Assembly (NCBI GenBank): GCA_963811105.1
Contig: CAWEPZ010000011.1
Span: 1,312,001 to 1,376,000, forward strand
Source: Candidatus Bathyarchaeota archaeon
GTDB lineage: Archaea > Thermoproteota > Bathyarchaeia > Bathyarchaeales > Bathycorpusculaceae
Reading direction: 5' to 3'
Length of the DNA stretch: 64,000 bases
This document shows, piece by piece, positions 51,601 through 59,386 of this stretch (position 1 is the stretch's first letter; the number at the start of each line of letters is the position of its first letter). The notes under the pieces were generated by a model. That model had not been told where the DNA came from. It searched no databases and saw only the letters and a list, made by a program, of their open reading frames with translations. The position numbers and the translations under genes are program-made.

Positions 51601-52016
51601 CGTATAAAGAATTCAAATCTATGATTGAGAAGCTCAATATGCAGCTCGAATTAGGTTCCCGAATTGATGCTGTAGATGTCGAGCGCGTCGCCCTAAAGGT
51701 TTTAACAACCCACTTTATCAGAGACATTGCGGGGAATTTGCGGGCTTTTTCCACACAAGGGTTTAGGTGTAAATCATGCAACAAGAAGTTTCGTCGTCTC
51801 CCTCTTAAAGGGAAATGTTCTTTCTGTGGGGGAAAATTAACTCTCACTGTCTATCGTGGTGGTATAGAGAAGTATTTGGTGGCTGCACAGCAGCTTGTGG
51901 ACAAATATGGATTACCTAACTATTACACGCAGCGAATGGATTTGATAAAAGAGGAGATAGCTTCTATGTTTGATAACAAAAAACCTAGACAAGCTAAACT
52001 TTTTGATTTTCATTAG
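48606..52016 (+). CDS. polC: DNA polymerase D large subunit DP2 (no intein)
   Basis: YFAGPIRSAGGT, GGFRLRYGR, catalytic KRRDCDGDED, Zn clusters, C-terminal PIP-like QAKLFDF. Confidence 0.98.
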   Translation: MNISKGYQKYVETMENTLKQLYAISDSARSEGLDPALKTECIIAQDIADLVEGLVGPKEVAHSIRELSTKIQREEIAFKVAEEIVLGKFGSLDPERAAEQAIRTALAIFTEGLTAAPIQGIAQVKIKTNADRTRYLAIYFAGPIRSAGGTDQALTLVVGDFVRKQLGLDRYKPTDEEVSRFIEELRLYERSVGRFQYHIPDEELKKALNLIPVECTGTESDPVEVSSYRNLPRVETNRVRGGALRVVNDGIVGRAQKVYVIIDKIGFQGWDWLRDFKKKSEKKSGGFMDDVIAGRPIFAFPSRRGGFRLRYGRSRNTGLSAVGIHPATMYVLESFLAAGTQMRLELPGKGCVTLPVDSIEPPVVLLKDNSVVKVTLENFSEVKGKIQKILFLGDILISFGDFLYSNKTLPPSGYVEEWWAKDLQVALNEKFGLDYQKAAETIKVSFESLLGFLNNPFSNKPTFKEALLLSQYLAVPLHPNFTFFWSSLSSVQELEILQQWLASCKVHTEGDLVFKISGQNNEEAVKLLRRILAPHKLADNKVLLEGQDAAALAYCLGYNGTKTVDCVAAPNVLAAVSLISGVQIKDKAPTFVGGRMGRPEKAKHREMKPLVHVLFPVSLAGGTHRDLLEAAKQGPVFVQMVKRKCPNCKNFTSKVKCSVCGCDTITEKSCPRCGRTLKDISCPTCKTDAVQYQRQPVNFKEMVDTACKLLCYPPPKMLRGVKGLTNLDKTPEIVEKGILRAKYGLSVYKDGTIRFDATNAPLTHFTPIEIGVSVEKIRQLGYCCDTHGVKLTDSTQVCELKVQDIVIPWKAGEYFIQIAAFIDDLLVRVYKLPAYYNVKRPEDLVGHLVFGLAPHTCACILGRVVGYTDRNVIYAHPIWHSAKRRDCDGDEDAIMLALDTLLNFSRVFLPAQIGGIMDAPILLIPFVNTKEVQRQAHDFDVDATYPLEFYQKTCDKGEARIVSSIMDVISHRLGTEAQFEGFQYTTPVTNINLGNANSSYKEFKSMIEKLNMQLELGSRIDAVDVERVALKVLTTHFIRDIAGNLRAFSTQGFRCKSCNKKFRRLPLKGKCSFCGGKLTLTVYRGGIEKYLVAAQQLVDKYGLPNYYTQRMDLIKEEIASMFDNKKPRQAKLFDFH

Positions 52017-52078
52017 GCTAAAGTTTTTCAATGTAAACCTCTTGATTATCTGTTGGTGAAAAAAAAATAAAGGACTCT

Positions 52079-52330
52079 TTGCATCCTAACGCTCACTTGA
52101 AGAATGTGAGAAATGTAAGTAGCGGTCTTAGAGCCCGAACCAAGATATTGCAAACGCTTGAGCATAACCCATCTGCAGCTGCGAGGATAGCAGAAGAAAA
52201 CTCTTTGTCCTACAGCGTTGTGCGGCATCACTTGCGGCTTCTTGAAGACGATGGTATTGTTCACCGCAAAGGGGGTAGACCATATTGTTGGATGTCTACT
52301 GGTTTAGGACAGAAACGCCTAGTCACTTAG
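52079..52330 (+). CDS. small ArsR-like winged-HTH protein
   Basis: RTKILQTL...LSYSVVRHHLRLLEDDGIV. Confidence 0.8.
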   Translation: MHPNAHLKNVRNVSSGLRARTKILQTLEHNPSAAARIAEENSLSYSVVRHHLRLLEDDGIVHRKGGRPYCWMSTGLGQKRLVT

Positions 52331-52623
52331 AAAGTGCATTGACAGGGTGACTGCTGGCATTTTGGGCATTTGTAATTGTATTTGTTGATGGCTGCTTTTT
52401 CAAGGTCAATTCCCATTATGTTAGCAAGAGAGGCAAGCCAGGCAATTACATCTGCAAACTCCTTCTCAGTAGACTCTCCATCGGTTCCTTTCTCCAATTC
52501 TTCTCCTAACTCTGCGACCTCATCAACAAGCCAGTTGTAAGTTCCACTTATTCCACGGTTTCTGTCCCTCTTGAAATAGAGGGTTCGCATCATTTGTTGA
52601 AATTCTTTTATGTCCACAACCAA
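52327..52623 (-). CDS. MazG-like nucleotide pyrophosphohydrolase with C-terminal Cys motif
   Basis: WLVDEVAEL, EFADVIAWLASLAN, CPKCQQSPCQC. Confidence 0.9.
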   Translation of the reverse strand: MVVDIKEFQQMMRTLYFKRDRNRGISGTYNWLVDEVAELGEELEKGTDGESTEKEFADVIAWLASLANIMGIDLEKAAINKYNYKCPKCQQSPCQCTF

Positions 52624-52754
52624 TCATCTCTTTGGTTTTCGACAGTTGCATGTTGAATATTATTGAATAACTGCGAGAATTCAAGTTTTATACTTTCCGT
52701 TTCTGCGTAAGATTAATTAAATGCATGCAATACATGAGAGGAACAGGGATATTA

Positions 52755-52925
52755 GTGAGCAGAAAGAAAAAGAAAGAAGCTGGTCCAATGCCTGCAGCAA
52801 GTGCAGGTCTGCTACGTTTCTTTGAGGAAGAGACTGAAGGAATCAAAATTAGACCTGAGCTTCTTGTGGTCTTTTCGGTTTCGTTGATAGTTATTTCTGT
52901 TTTAGCAAAAGTTTTCTTCATTTAA
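52755..52925 (+). CDS. secG: preprotein translocase subunit Sec61beta
   Basis: SAGLLRFFEEE.EGIKIRPE followed by one TM. Confidence 0.9.
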   Translation: MSRKKKKEAGPMPAASAGLLRFFEEETEGIKIRPELLVVFSVSLIVISVLAKVFFI

Positions 52926-52933
52926 CGCTTGCT

Positions 52934-53224
52934 CTATCGTCTCGGTGGAGTAGCGTGTAACACTTCTATTCTTTGAACAGAATTCAAATGGAGAAACAAC
53001 TCACTTCTTTCTTCACGACTCGTCACTTGTGGAATAGGCTGGGCCATGGTTGATCTCAAAACGATTGCTTCTGCTTCTGAAAGCCAGATTCCTGTCGGTT
53101 CGAGCGTTACAGCAGCTAGTAACCCTTCAAAACCGTAAGCTGGATCGATAATGACTCTGATTTTCTTGCCCACATTTCTCTCCAGCATATGAAATATTGA
53201 AAGGGGCACTTCTTGATCTGGCAT
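52934..53224 (-). CDS. divergent Sm/LSm-fold protein
   Basis: LERNVGKKIRVII...FEGLLAAV...IWLSEAE (Sm1-like) and LFLHLNSVQRIEVL (Sm2-like). Confidence 0.6.
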   Translation of the reverse strand: MPDQEVPLSIFHMLERNVGKKIRVIIDPAYGFEGLLAAVTLEPTGIWLSEAEAIVLRSTMAQPIPQVTSREERSELFLHLNSVQRIEVLHATPPRR

Positions 53225-53478
53225 AGACTTCGCAAATTAGTATGATTGTCATTTTAAAGATAAAACAGTTCCCATCCAGGACACATGTTACTCTTTGTTG
53301 TGACTTGCTAAATTGGGATCTTGTTCCTTGGATTTTATATTCTTTTGTGCTAAATGCGTTTCTCTTGAATCGTTGGTTGTTAAGAAATTTGTATTTAATG
53401 TCTAAAACTCAGGCTTTAATTTAGCTAATTTTAATAAGCATCACCAATTTCAATAGGAAGCCATGCTGAGTTGAAAAG

Positions 53479-55296
53479 ATGGAGGATAACCGTTCGCTTA
53501 GTAGCTCAATGGATGATGCAAAGAAACATTATTCCTCACTGTTTTCCTTGCCTTCACTAAACGAAGCGTTGATTATTGTTGCGCTGCTTTGCGTTGTTAT
53601 CGGTGTTTCAACTTTTTTTGTTGCTCCTTCTCAGGGTTTAGTTGGCGCTTTGTTTCTTGGTCTTTCGCTTTTTGTTTTATCACTCACATCAGACCTTTTG
53701 ATGAGTAAAGTGCTTCTCAAGGGTGACCCAATTTTTTCATTACGACGAACTTCAGTTTTGTCTCTTGCCAGTTTTGTTTTCTGGCTAGTCTTTATCGTAA
53801 TAGGTGTTGGCTTAAGTTTTCAATTTGGATGGATACTTTGGGTTAAACTTTCCCTGCTGGGGTACGCTGTTATTGTGACTTTAAGGATTGTTGTGCTTAT
53901 GGCAACCTCAATGGCAGTAGGCTGGCGAAAAGGGCTGTCTGTTCTTCTTCAACCGACGTTTTGCGTGGGGGCTTTTCTGATTTTTTGGGTTGGCCTTTCA
54001 AGCGCCATAATCTTGCAAGTTTTGGCTTTCATAATTGTTTCTCCAATAATTAGTTTAATCGTTGTTTTGTTGTTTTTCTGGTCTTTGGAACGGGTAAGTA
54101 AAAAGTTTTCTTCACTGGCTTCTGTGCCGCTGTTTAGGGCGTTTATTGTTGACTGGGTATCCAATGTCAACGCCCCTCTTGAGAAATTCCTTGAAGAAAT
54201 GGGGGAATACAAAGATATTGAAGTTAGCCTTCTAAGGTTTGATTCTTCAAAACCCTTAGCTGCTATCATTGTTCCTCTTGTGCATCCAGGTCCTTTTAAG
54301 AATATAGGCAGCAGTCTTCTGCCTTCTCTGCTCAAGAGTGGATTTGAAAGAGAATATGCCTGTGACACTTGTACTCCGCTTGGCATTTTGGGGCATGAGC
54401 TTGACTTAGCATCACAAGGTCAGAACCAAAAAATAATTTCGCACGTTGTAGCTTCTGCAAAGTTTCAGGCATCAGCAGGTTTAGCCTCTCCTTTTGTTAG
54501 AGCGACTGAAGGTCCAGCTTCCGTTTCCTGCCAAATTTTCGGCGACACGGCTCTTCTTTCTTTTACCCTTGCTCCAAAAACAACCGAAGATTTACCTCAA
54601 GAGTTAGGTCGAATTGTAAGGGAGCAAGCAGCAAACTATGGATTAAAAGATACCCTAGTGATTAATGCTCACAACAGCTTAGCCGATTTAATTGACACAG
54701 ACAGGTATATAGATGAATTACGCACAGCTGCTTCCAAATGCCTCCAACAAGCAGCGCTTCAACCAACTAAACCCTTCATGGTTGGCGGCGCAAGTGTGTT
54801 TCCGAAAGAGTTTTCTCTAAAGCAGGGGATGGGAACTGGCGGCATCACAGCAATTGTAGTTCAAGTAGAGAACCAGAAAACCGCCTATATTACAATTGAC
54901 GGAAACAACATGATTCCTCATTTAAGAGAAAAAATCCTCGCAACTTTATCATCTGCAGGTTTTTCTGAAAGTGAAGTATTCACAACAGATACTCATGCAG
55001 TCACCGGCATGGTTACTGGAAAACAAGGTTACAACTCCGTTGGAAAAGCAATAGATAATGAAACTTTGATTCGATATATTCTTGAAGCTGCAAAAACCGC
55101 AGAATCTAAACTTGAAAGGGCCAAAGCTGGAAGTATACATTTAGTTGTGCCTCACGTCAGGGTAATTGGGGAGGAACGTTTGAAATCTGTAACTACGCTT
55201 GTTGACAAGGCAATTGGAAAAGCAAAGCAAACGTTAGTTCCCATCTTTGGGTTAGAAGGGGTGCTTCTACTTTTGCTCTTATGGTTCTTGATATAG
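53479..55296 (+). CDS. DUF2070 family membrane protein
   Basis: N-terminal multi-TM region; VHPGPF, HELDL, NAHNS, IDGNNM, TTDTH motifs. Confidence 0.85.
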   Translation: MEDNRSLSSSMDDAKKHYSSLFSLPSLNEALIIVALLCVVIGVSTFFVAPSQGLVGALFLGLSLFVLSLTSDLLMSKVLLKGDPIFSLRRTSVLSLASFVFWLVFIVIGVGLSFQFGWILWVKLSLLGYAVIVTLRIVVLMATSMAVGWRKGLSVLLQPTFCVGAFLIFWVGLSSAIILQVLAFIIVSPIISLIVVLLFFWSLERVSKKFSSLASVPLFRAFIVDWVSNVNAPLEKFLEEMGEYKDIEVSLLRFDSSKPLAAIIVPLVHPGPFKNIGSSLLPSLLKSGFEREYACDTCTPLGILGHELDLASQGQNQKIISHVVASAKFQASAGLASPFVRATEGPASVSCQIFGDTALLSFTLAPKTTEDLPQELGRIVREQAANYGLKDTLVINAHNSLADLIDTDRYIDELRTAASKCLQQAALQPTKPFMVGGASVFPKEFSLKQGMGTGGITAIVVQVENQKTAYITIDGNNMIPHLREKILATLSSAGFSESEVFTTDTHAVTGMVTGKQGYNSVGKAIDNETLIRYILEAAKTAESKLERAKAGSIHLVVPHVRVIGEERLKSVTTLVDKAIGKAKQTLVPIFGLEGVLLLLLLWFLI

Positions 55297-55366
55297 GCTG
55301 GCTGTTTTTCTGGATTCATAAAGGTTAATATTGCTTCTTACCTTCGCTTTTGTTGGAGTTTATCAA

Positions 55367-56704
55367 ATGTTTGCTTATCCAAAAATTGTTGTTTCTCCGC
55401 CTGGACCCAAAGCCAGAGAGCTTGTTATGAAGGATGAACAACTTGTTTCTCCATCGTACCAGCGATATTATCCGTTTGTAGTTGAGTCAGCAAACGACTG
55501 CATAGTTAAAGATGTAGATGATAACGAGTATATTGACTTAAATTCAGGCATAGCCTGCATGAACGTTGGGCACAATCATCCTCGTGTAGTTGAGGCGATA
55601 AAGAGTCAATGTGACAGGTTCCTGCATTATTCTACCGCTGACTTCTACTCCAAAGAAGTTATCAACCTAGCTCAAAAATTAGCAACCATAACTCCCGGCG
55701 AATTTGGAAAAAAAACATATTTCGGAAACAGTGGAACCGAAGCCGTTGAAGCAGCAGTCAAACTTGCCCGATGGCACACACGCAAACAATTATTCATAGG
55801 GTTCACAGGAGCCTTTCATGGACGTACGATGGGTTCCTTAGCTTTCACTGCCAGCAAGCCTGTGCAAAGAAGCCATTTTTCCCCTTTTATGCCTGGTGTA
55901 ACCCATGTTCCTTATCCTTACTGCTACCGCTGCCCATTCAAACTTGAAACTTCAAGTTGCGATTGTTGGTGCGCAGATTTTATCGAAGAAGAAGTACTGC
56001 AGAAATATTTGCCAGCTGAAGATGTGGCAGCCGTTCTTTTTGAACCAATTCAAGGCGAAGGCGGCTACGTGGTTCCTCCGCCAGAGTTTTTTCCAAAGCT
56101 GAAGAAAATCGCTGACAAGTACGGTCTACTTCTTATCGATGATGAAGTTCAGTCTGGTGTAGGGCGAACCGGTAAATGGTTCGCTATCGAACATTGGGAC
56201 ATTGAACCAGACATTATTTGTACTGCAAAAGCCTTGGCTTCAGGCTTACCTCTGGGTGCAACAATTGCCAAAACAAAAATTATGGATTGGACTGGAGGCT
56301 CGCAATCAAGTACTTTTGGCGGAAATCCATTATCATGCGTTGCTGCATCCGCAGTTTTAGACATTATTAAGGAGCAGCAGTTGCTGGATAACACTAACAA
56401 ACAGGGCGCTTATGCAATGAAACGGCTGGATAGACTGCAAGAGACCAATAGCATAGTTGGCGATGTACGTGGTAAGGGTTTGATGATTGGGGTGGAACTT
56501 GTTGAAGATAAGGAATCAAAGAAGCCTGCCGTGCAAAAAACAGCTAAAGTTGTTTTGCGTTCTTGGAAACGAGGGGTGGCCCTTATTAGTTGTGGTGTTT
56601 CAACGCTTAGGATAGCGCCGCCGCTTACTATTCAAACTGATATGCTTGAAGCCGCTTTGGATATTGTTGAAGATACGATTAATGACGTAGCAAAAGAAAT
56701 CTAA
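55367..56704 (+). CDS. class III PLP aminotransferase (acetylornithine/4-aminobutyrate family)
   Basis: NSGTEAVE, FHGRT, EPIQGEGG, DEVQSGVGRTG, AKALASG, TFGGNP. Confidence 0.93.
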   Translation: MFAYPKIVVSPPGPKARELVMKDEQLVSPSYQRYYPFVVESANDCIVKDVDDNEYIDLNSGIACMNVGHNHPRVVEAIKSQCDRFLHYSTADFYSKEVINLAQKLATITPGEFGKKTYFGNSGTEAVEAAVKLARWHTRKQLFIGFTGAFHGRTMGSLAFTASKPVQRSHFSPFMPGVTHVPYPYCYRCPFKLETSSCDCWCADFIEEEVLQKYLPAEDVAAVLFEPIQGEGGYVVPPPEFFPKLKKIADKYGLLLIDDEVQSGVGRTGKWFAIEHWDIEPDIICTAKALASGLPLGATIAKTKIMDWTGGSQSSTFGGNPLSCVAASAVLDIIKEQQLLDNTNKQGAYAMKRLDRLQETNSIVGDVRGKGLMIGVELVEDKESKKPAVQKTAKVVLRSWKRGVALISCGVSTLRIAPPLTIQTDMLEAALDIVEDTINDVAKEI

Positions 56705-56705
56705 A

Positions 56706-57260
56706 CTATTTTGCCTTCAGACTTTTTAATGTTCTATGCGGCTTTCGCTTGAGCTCTGTACCGCAAATCTGGCACTCTTTGTATGAGCAGTTTACGGGGT
56801 ATTGTCTGTGGCATGCTGGGCAATATCTTATCCATTCTAAGAGTCGTTTGATGCCGAATGTGGCGAGTGCTAGGAATTCTATTCGTAAATGTGTGGCAAC
56901 ATTCTGGATTGAATAGTCGTCCGTGATAATTTGGGCTGTATACCCTTCAGCTTTCAATTCTGAGGCTAAGGCAAGAAGTTGAACGTCAGTGCCTGATAGC
57001 TTAAATGAGTCGCCAACTTTGCCTGCTGACTTTTTTACACTGTTCAAAAATATTTCTGAGGGAACTTTAACCTTCAACTTTCCGCTTTCGAGCGCAGCGT
57101 CAAAACGCACCTTAATCATTGAGTTCCTTATTATTTCCTGTTCAACCTTAGGAACAGTTACTTGCTCCTCACCTAAAGAGAAAGGATCAAAACCAGCCAG
57201 AAAAGCAGACGTATCTAAAATAATGATTCTTTTACATTGGCTGTTTGTCTGAGTATTCAT
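56706..57260 (-). CDS. nob1: Nob1 rRNA maturation endonuclease (PIN plus Zn ribbon)
   Basis: ILDTSAF, LSGTD, TDDYSIQNVA, CPAC...CQICG. Confidence 0.92.
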   Translation of the reverse strand: MNTQTNSQCKRIIILDTSAFLAGFDPFSLGEEQVTVPKVEQEIIRNSMIKVRFDAALESGKLKVKVPSEIFLNSVKKSAGKVGDSFKLSGTDVQLLALASELKAEGYTAQIITDDYSIQNVATHLRIEFLALATFGIKRLLEWIRYCPACHRQYPVNCSYKECQICGTELKRKPHRTLKSLKAK

Positions 57261-58105
57261 TCTGTTCCCTTAAACAGCAATCGGCTTTTCAATCGGTCGT
57301 AAAAATCGGTTTCAAACCGAATGAAAGAAGTTACATTTTTGGATACTGAAACCTCTGCGGTAGGCTCTTTACTATTTATCATTTTACGGTACTTTCCATC
57401 AATCAGGACAAGGATTTTCTCTGCCTTAGTTACTTTGATTGCAATTTTGCAGTTAGCTGGAAAAACAATTGAATGGAAAACTGTTAAAGAGCAGATGGGA
57501 GTAATCACGAAAGCGCCAACCGCCGGGTCTAAAACTGGACCCCCTGCTGAAAAAGAATAGCCAGTAGAGCCTGTTTCGGTTGCTACAATTAGGCCGTCTG
57601 CTTGGCTATTGATAATAGGTTTGCCTTCCTTGCATATTTGAGTATAAAGTATTTTTGAGGGTTCACCTGCAGAAATTACAACGTCATTCAAGGCATCAGG
57701 CATGTCTTCTTCGCCTGCTTTTACACATAGCTTTGCGCATTTTTCTATCTTGTATTTACCCTCAAGAATTTTGTTTACTGCTTCAAAAGCGTTTTTCGGT
57801 TCAGCTTCAGTTAGAAATCCTCGAAGCCCCATGTTTATCGCTAAAATTGGCGGTTCAGGCTTAGCTATTCCGATGCATGTGCGCAAAATTGTTCCGTCGC
57901 CGCCGATAGTTATTATAAAATCGGTTTTCATTTTTGAAAGAGGAACCATCTGCGCTTGGGTGGTGACTTTATCCGATAAGGTATCTTCTACGTAAACTTT
58001 CAATCCTTTGCCACTCAGATACTCAGCTAGCTCTTCTGTAAGCTTCAGAGCAGGTTTTTTGTCGTAGCGGGCAACTAATCCCACGCTTCTAAACACTAAA
58101 TCCAC
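57257..58105 (-). CDS. nadK: NAD(+) kinase
   Basis: GGDGT, LND, DGLIVATETGSTGYSFSAGGP. Confidence 0.93.
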   Translation of the reverse strand: MDLVFRSVGLVARYDKKPALKLTEELAEYLSGKGLKVYVEDTLSDKVTTQAQMVPLSKMKTDFIITIGGDGTILRTCIGIAKPEPPILAINMGLRGFLTEAEPKNAFEAVNKILEGKYKIEKCAKLCVKAGEEDMPDALNDVVISAGEPSKILYTQICKEGKPIINSQADGLIVATETGSTGYSFSAGGPVLDPAVGAFVITPICSLTVFHSIVFPANCKIAIKVTKAEKILVLIDGKYRKMINSKEPTAEVSVSKNVTSFIRFETDFYDRLKSRLLFKGTE

Positions 58106-58361
58106 CGTTCAGTAAATACCGTTATCCTATCTTATATTAAGCTTTTAATGGGCATTTTCAGATTTTTTCACACTTTTTCTATTAGAAGTTTCGTAAATCT
58201 ATATAGATTACTCAATTGTGAGCAAGAATGGGGTACACCCTCTTTGGCAAATATCGCGGATTAGGAATCAATGGCTTTTCTGATTGCGGGTAGGGTCAAT
58301 TTTGTATATTTTAGCTTGCAACCGATGGAAAATGTACTTGTTGCTGTAAGATGGTTACAAC

Positions 58362-58553
58362 ATGGTTTCATATACAATGATTGACCATATTTGCAAAGTT
58401 GATTCTGTGATTTCCTGTTACAAGGTTAACTGTCCGAAATGTGGAAATGAGCTTGCTAAGGCTGACAAAAAATTAGAGAATTCTGTGTTCAGCATTGCGA
58501 TTTATACTTGTGAAGCGTGTGGTTCTAAATTTAAGCATACTCGGTCATTTTGA
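58362..58553 (+). CDS. small Zn-ribbon protein (Cren7-like spacing), start uncertain
   Basis: CPKCG...YTCEACGSKFK; same architecture as 9660-9884. Confidence 0.6.
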   Translation: MVSYTMIDHICKVDSVISCYKVNCPKCGNELAKADKKLENSVFSIAIYTCEACGSKFKHTRSF

Positions 58554-59386
58554 TTATTTTGGCTTCTTCTTGACGGATATATCTCGCAAAAGTCAGAATC
58601 TTAATTTGTAAAGCTTACAAGTAGCTTTGAGGTCTTAGATCTAATAAAATTGCGTTTTATACGGTTCTATTGGCCGGGCAGTTGTTGTTTCATTTTGTGA
58701 CAACATTATTTTATATCATTTAGAATCGTAACAGATTAACAGGAAAGAAGAAGGATTAAACTAGGAGCCACGTTTGTTGAGCGGGTCTGGCTGCTAAATG
58801 CGGTAAGGTGCCCCCTCTTAACTTCTACACCTTATCCATCTTAGCGCTTGGCTAAATCCGCTTAACTCTGCTTTTACCCCTCCCAAATAGATTAAATTGC
58901 ACCAGATTCTTTTTTCTATTAGGAGTTTTATTTTTTGGCAAAGTATTATGTATTTTAATGCAAGTCAGAAGCAGAGGGGGCTTACGCACGCTTGGGAGCA
59001 AGCAGTCGCTTTAGTGAAGGAGCTATTAACGAATAATTTGATTTCAAAAAAAAAACTTTGAGATAAAAGAAGATAAAGGAGAAGAATCTTATGTCATATA
59101 CAAAAAACAAGAACCAGAAAAATTATAAGTTATAAAGAAGTCCATTTTGGACTTTTCATCTTTGAGGTTGTTCTTCCCCTCCTGCTATTTAATAAAAGAC
59201 ACGGGAACTAAAAAAATCGTTTAAGGTTGCGGTGTCTCTTCAAATTATGATTATTACACAAATGCCCCAATTGAAATATGAAAAATTTGTCCATGCAACA
59301 CAATTTGATTGTTTATCCAATTCCTGATGTTTGCCAAATTATATAAGCAAAACGATTGCATACTACAAACCACTATCTAAAAAATT

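Noticed and set aside
48606-52016. Intein in DP2 (also checked Cdc6 and RpoB)
   Set aside because: Lengths are standard and the conserved motifs are uninterrupted
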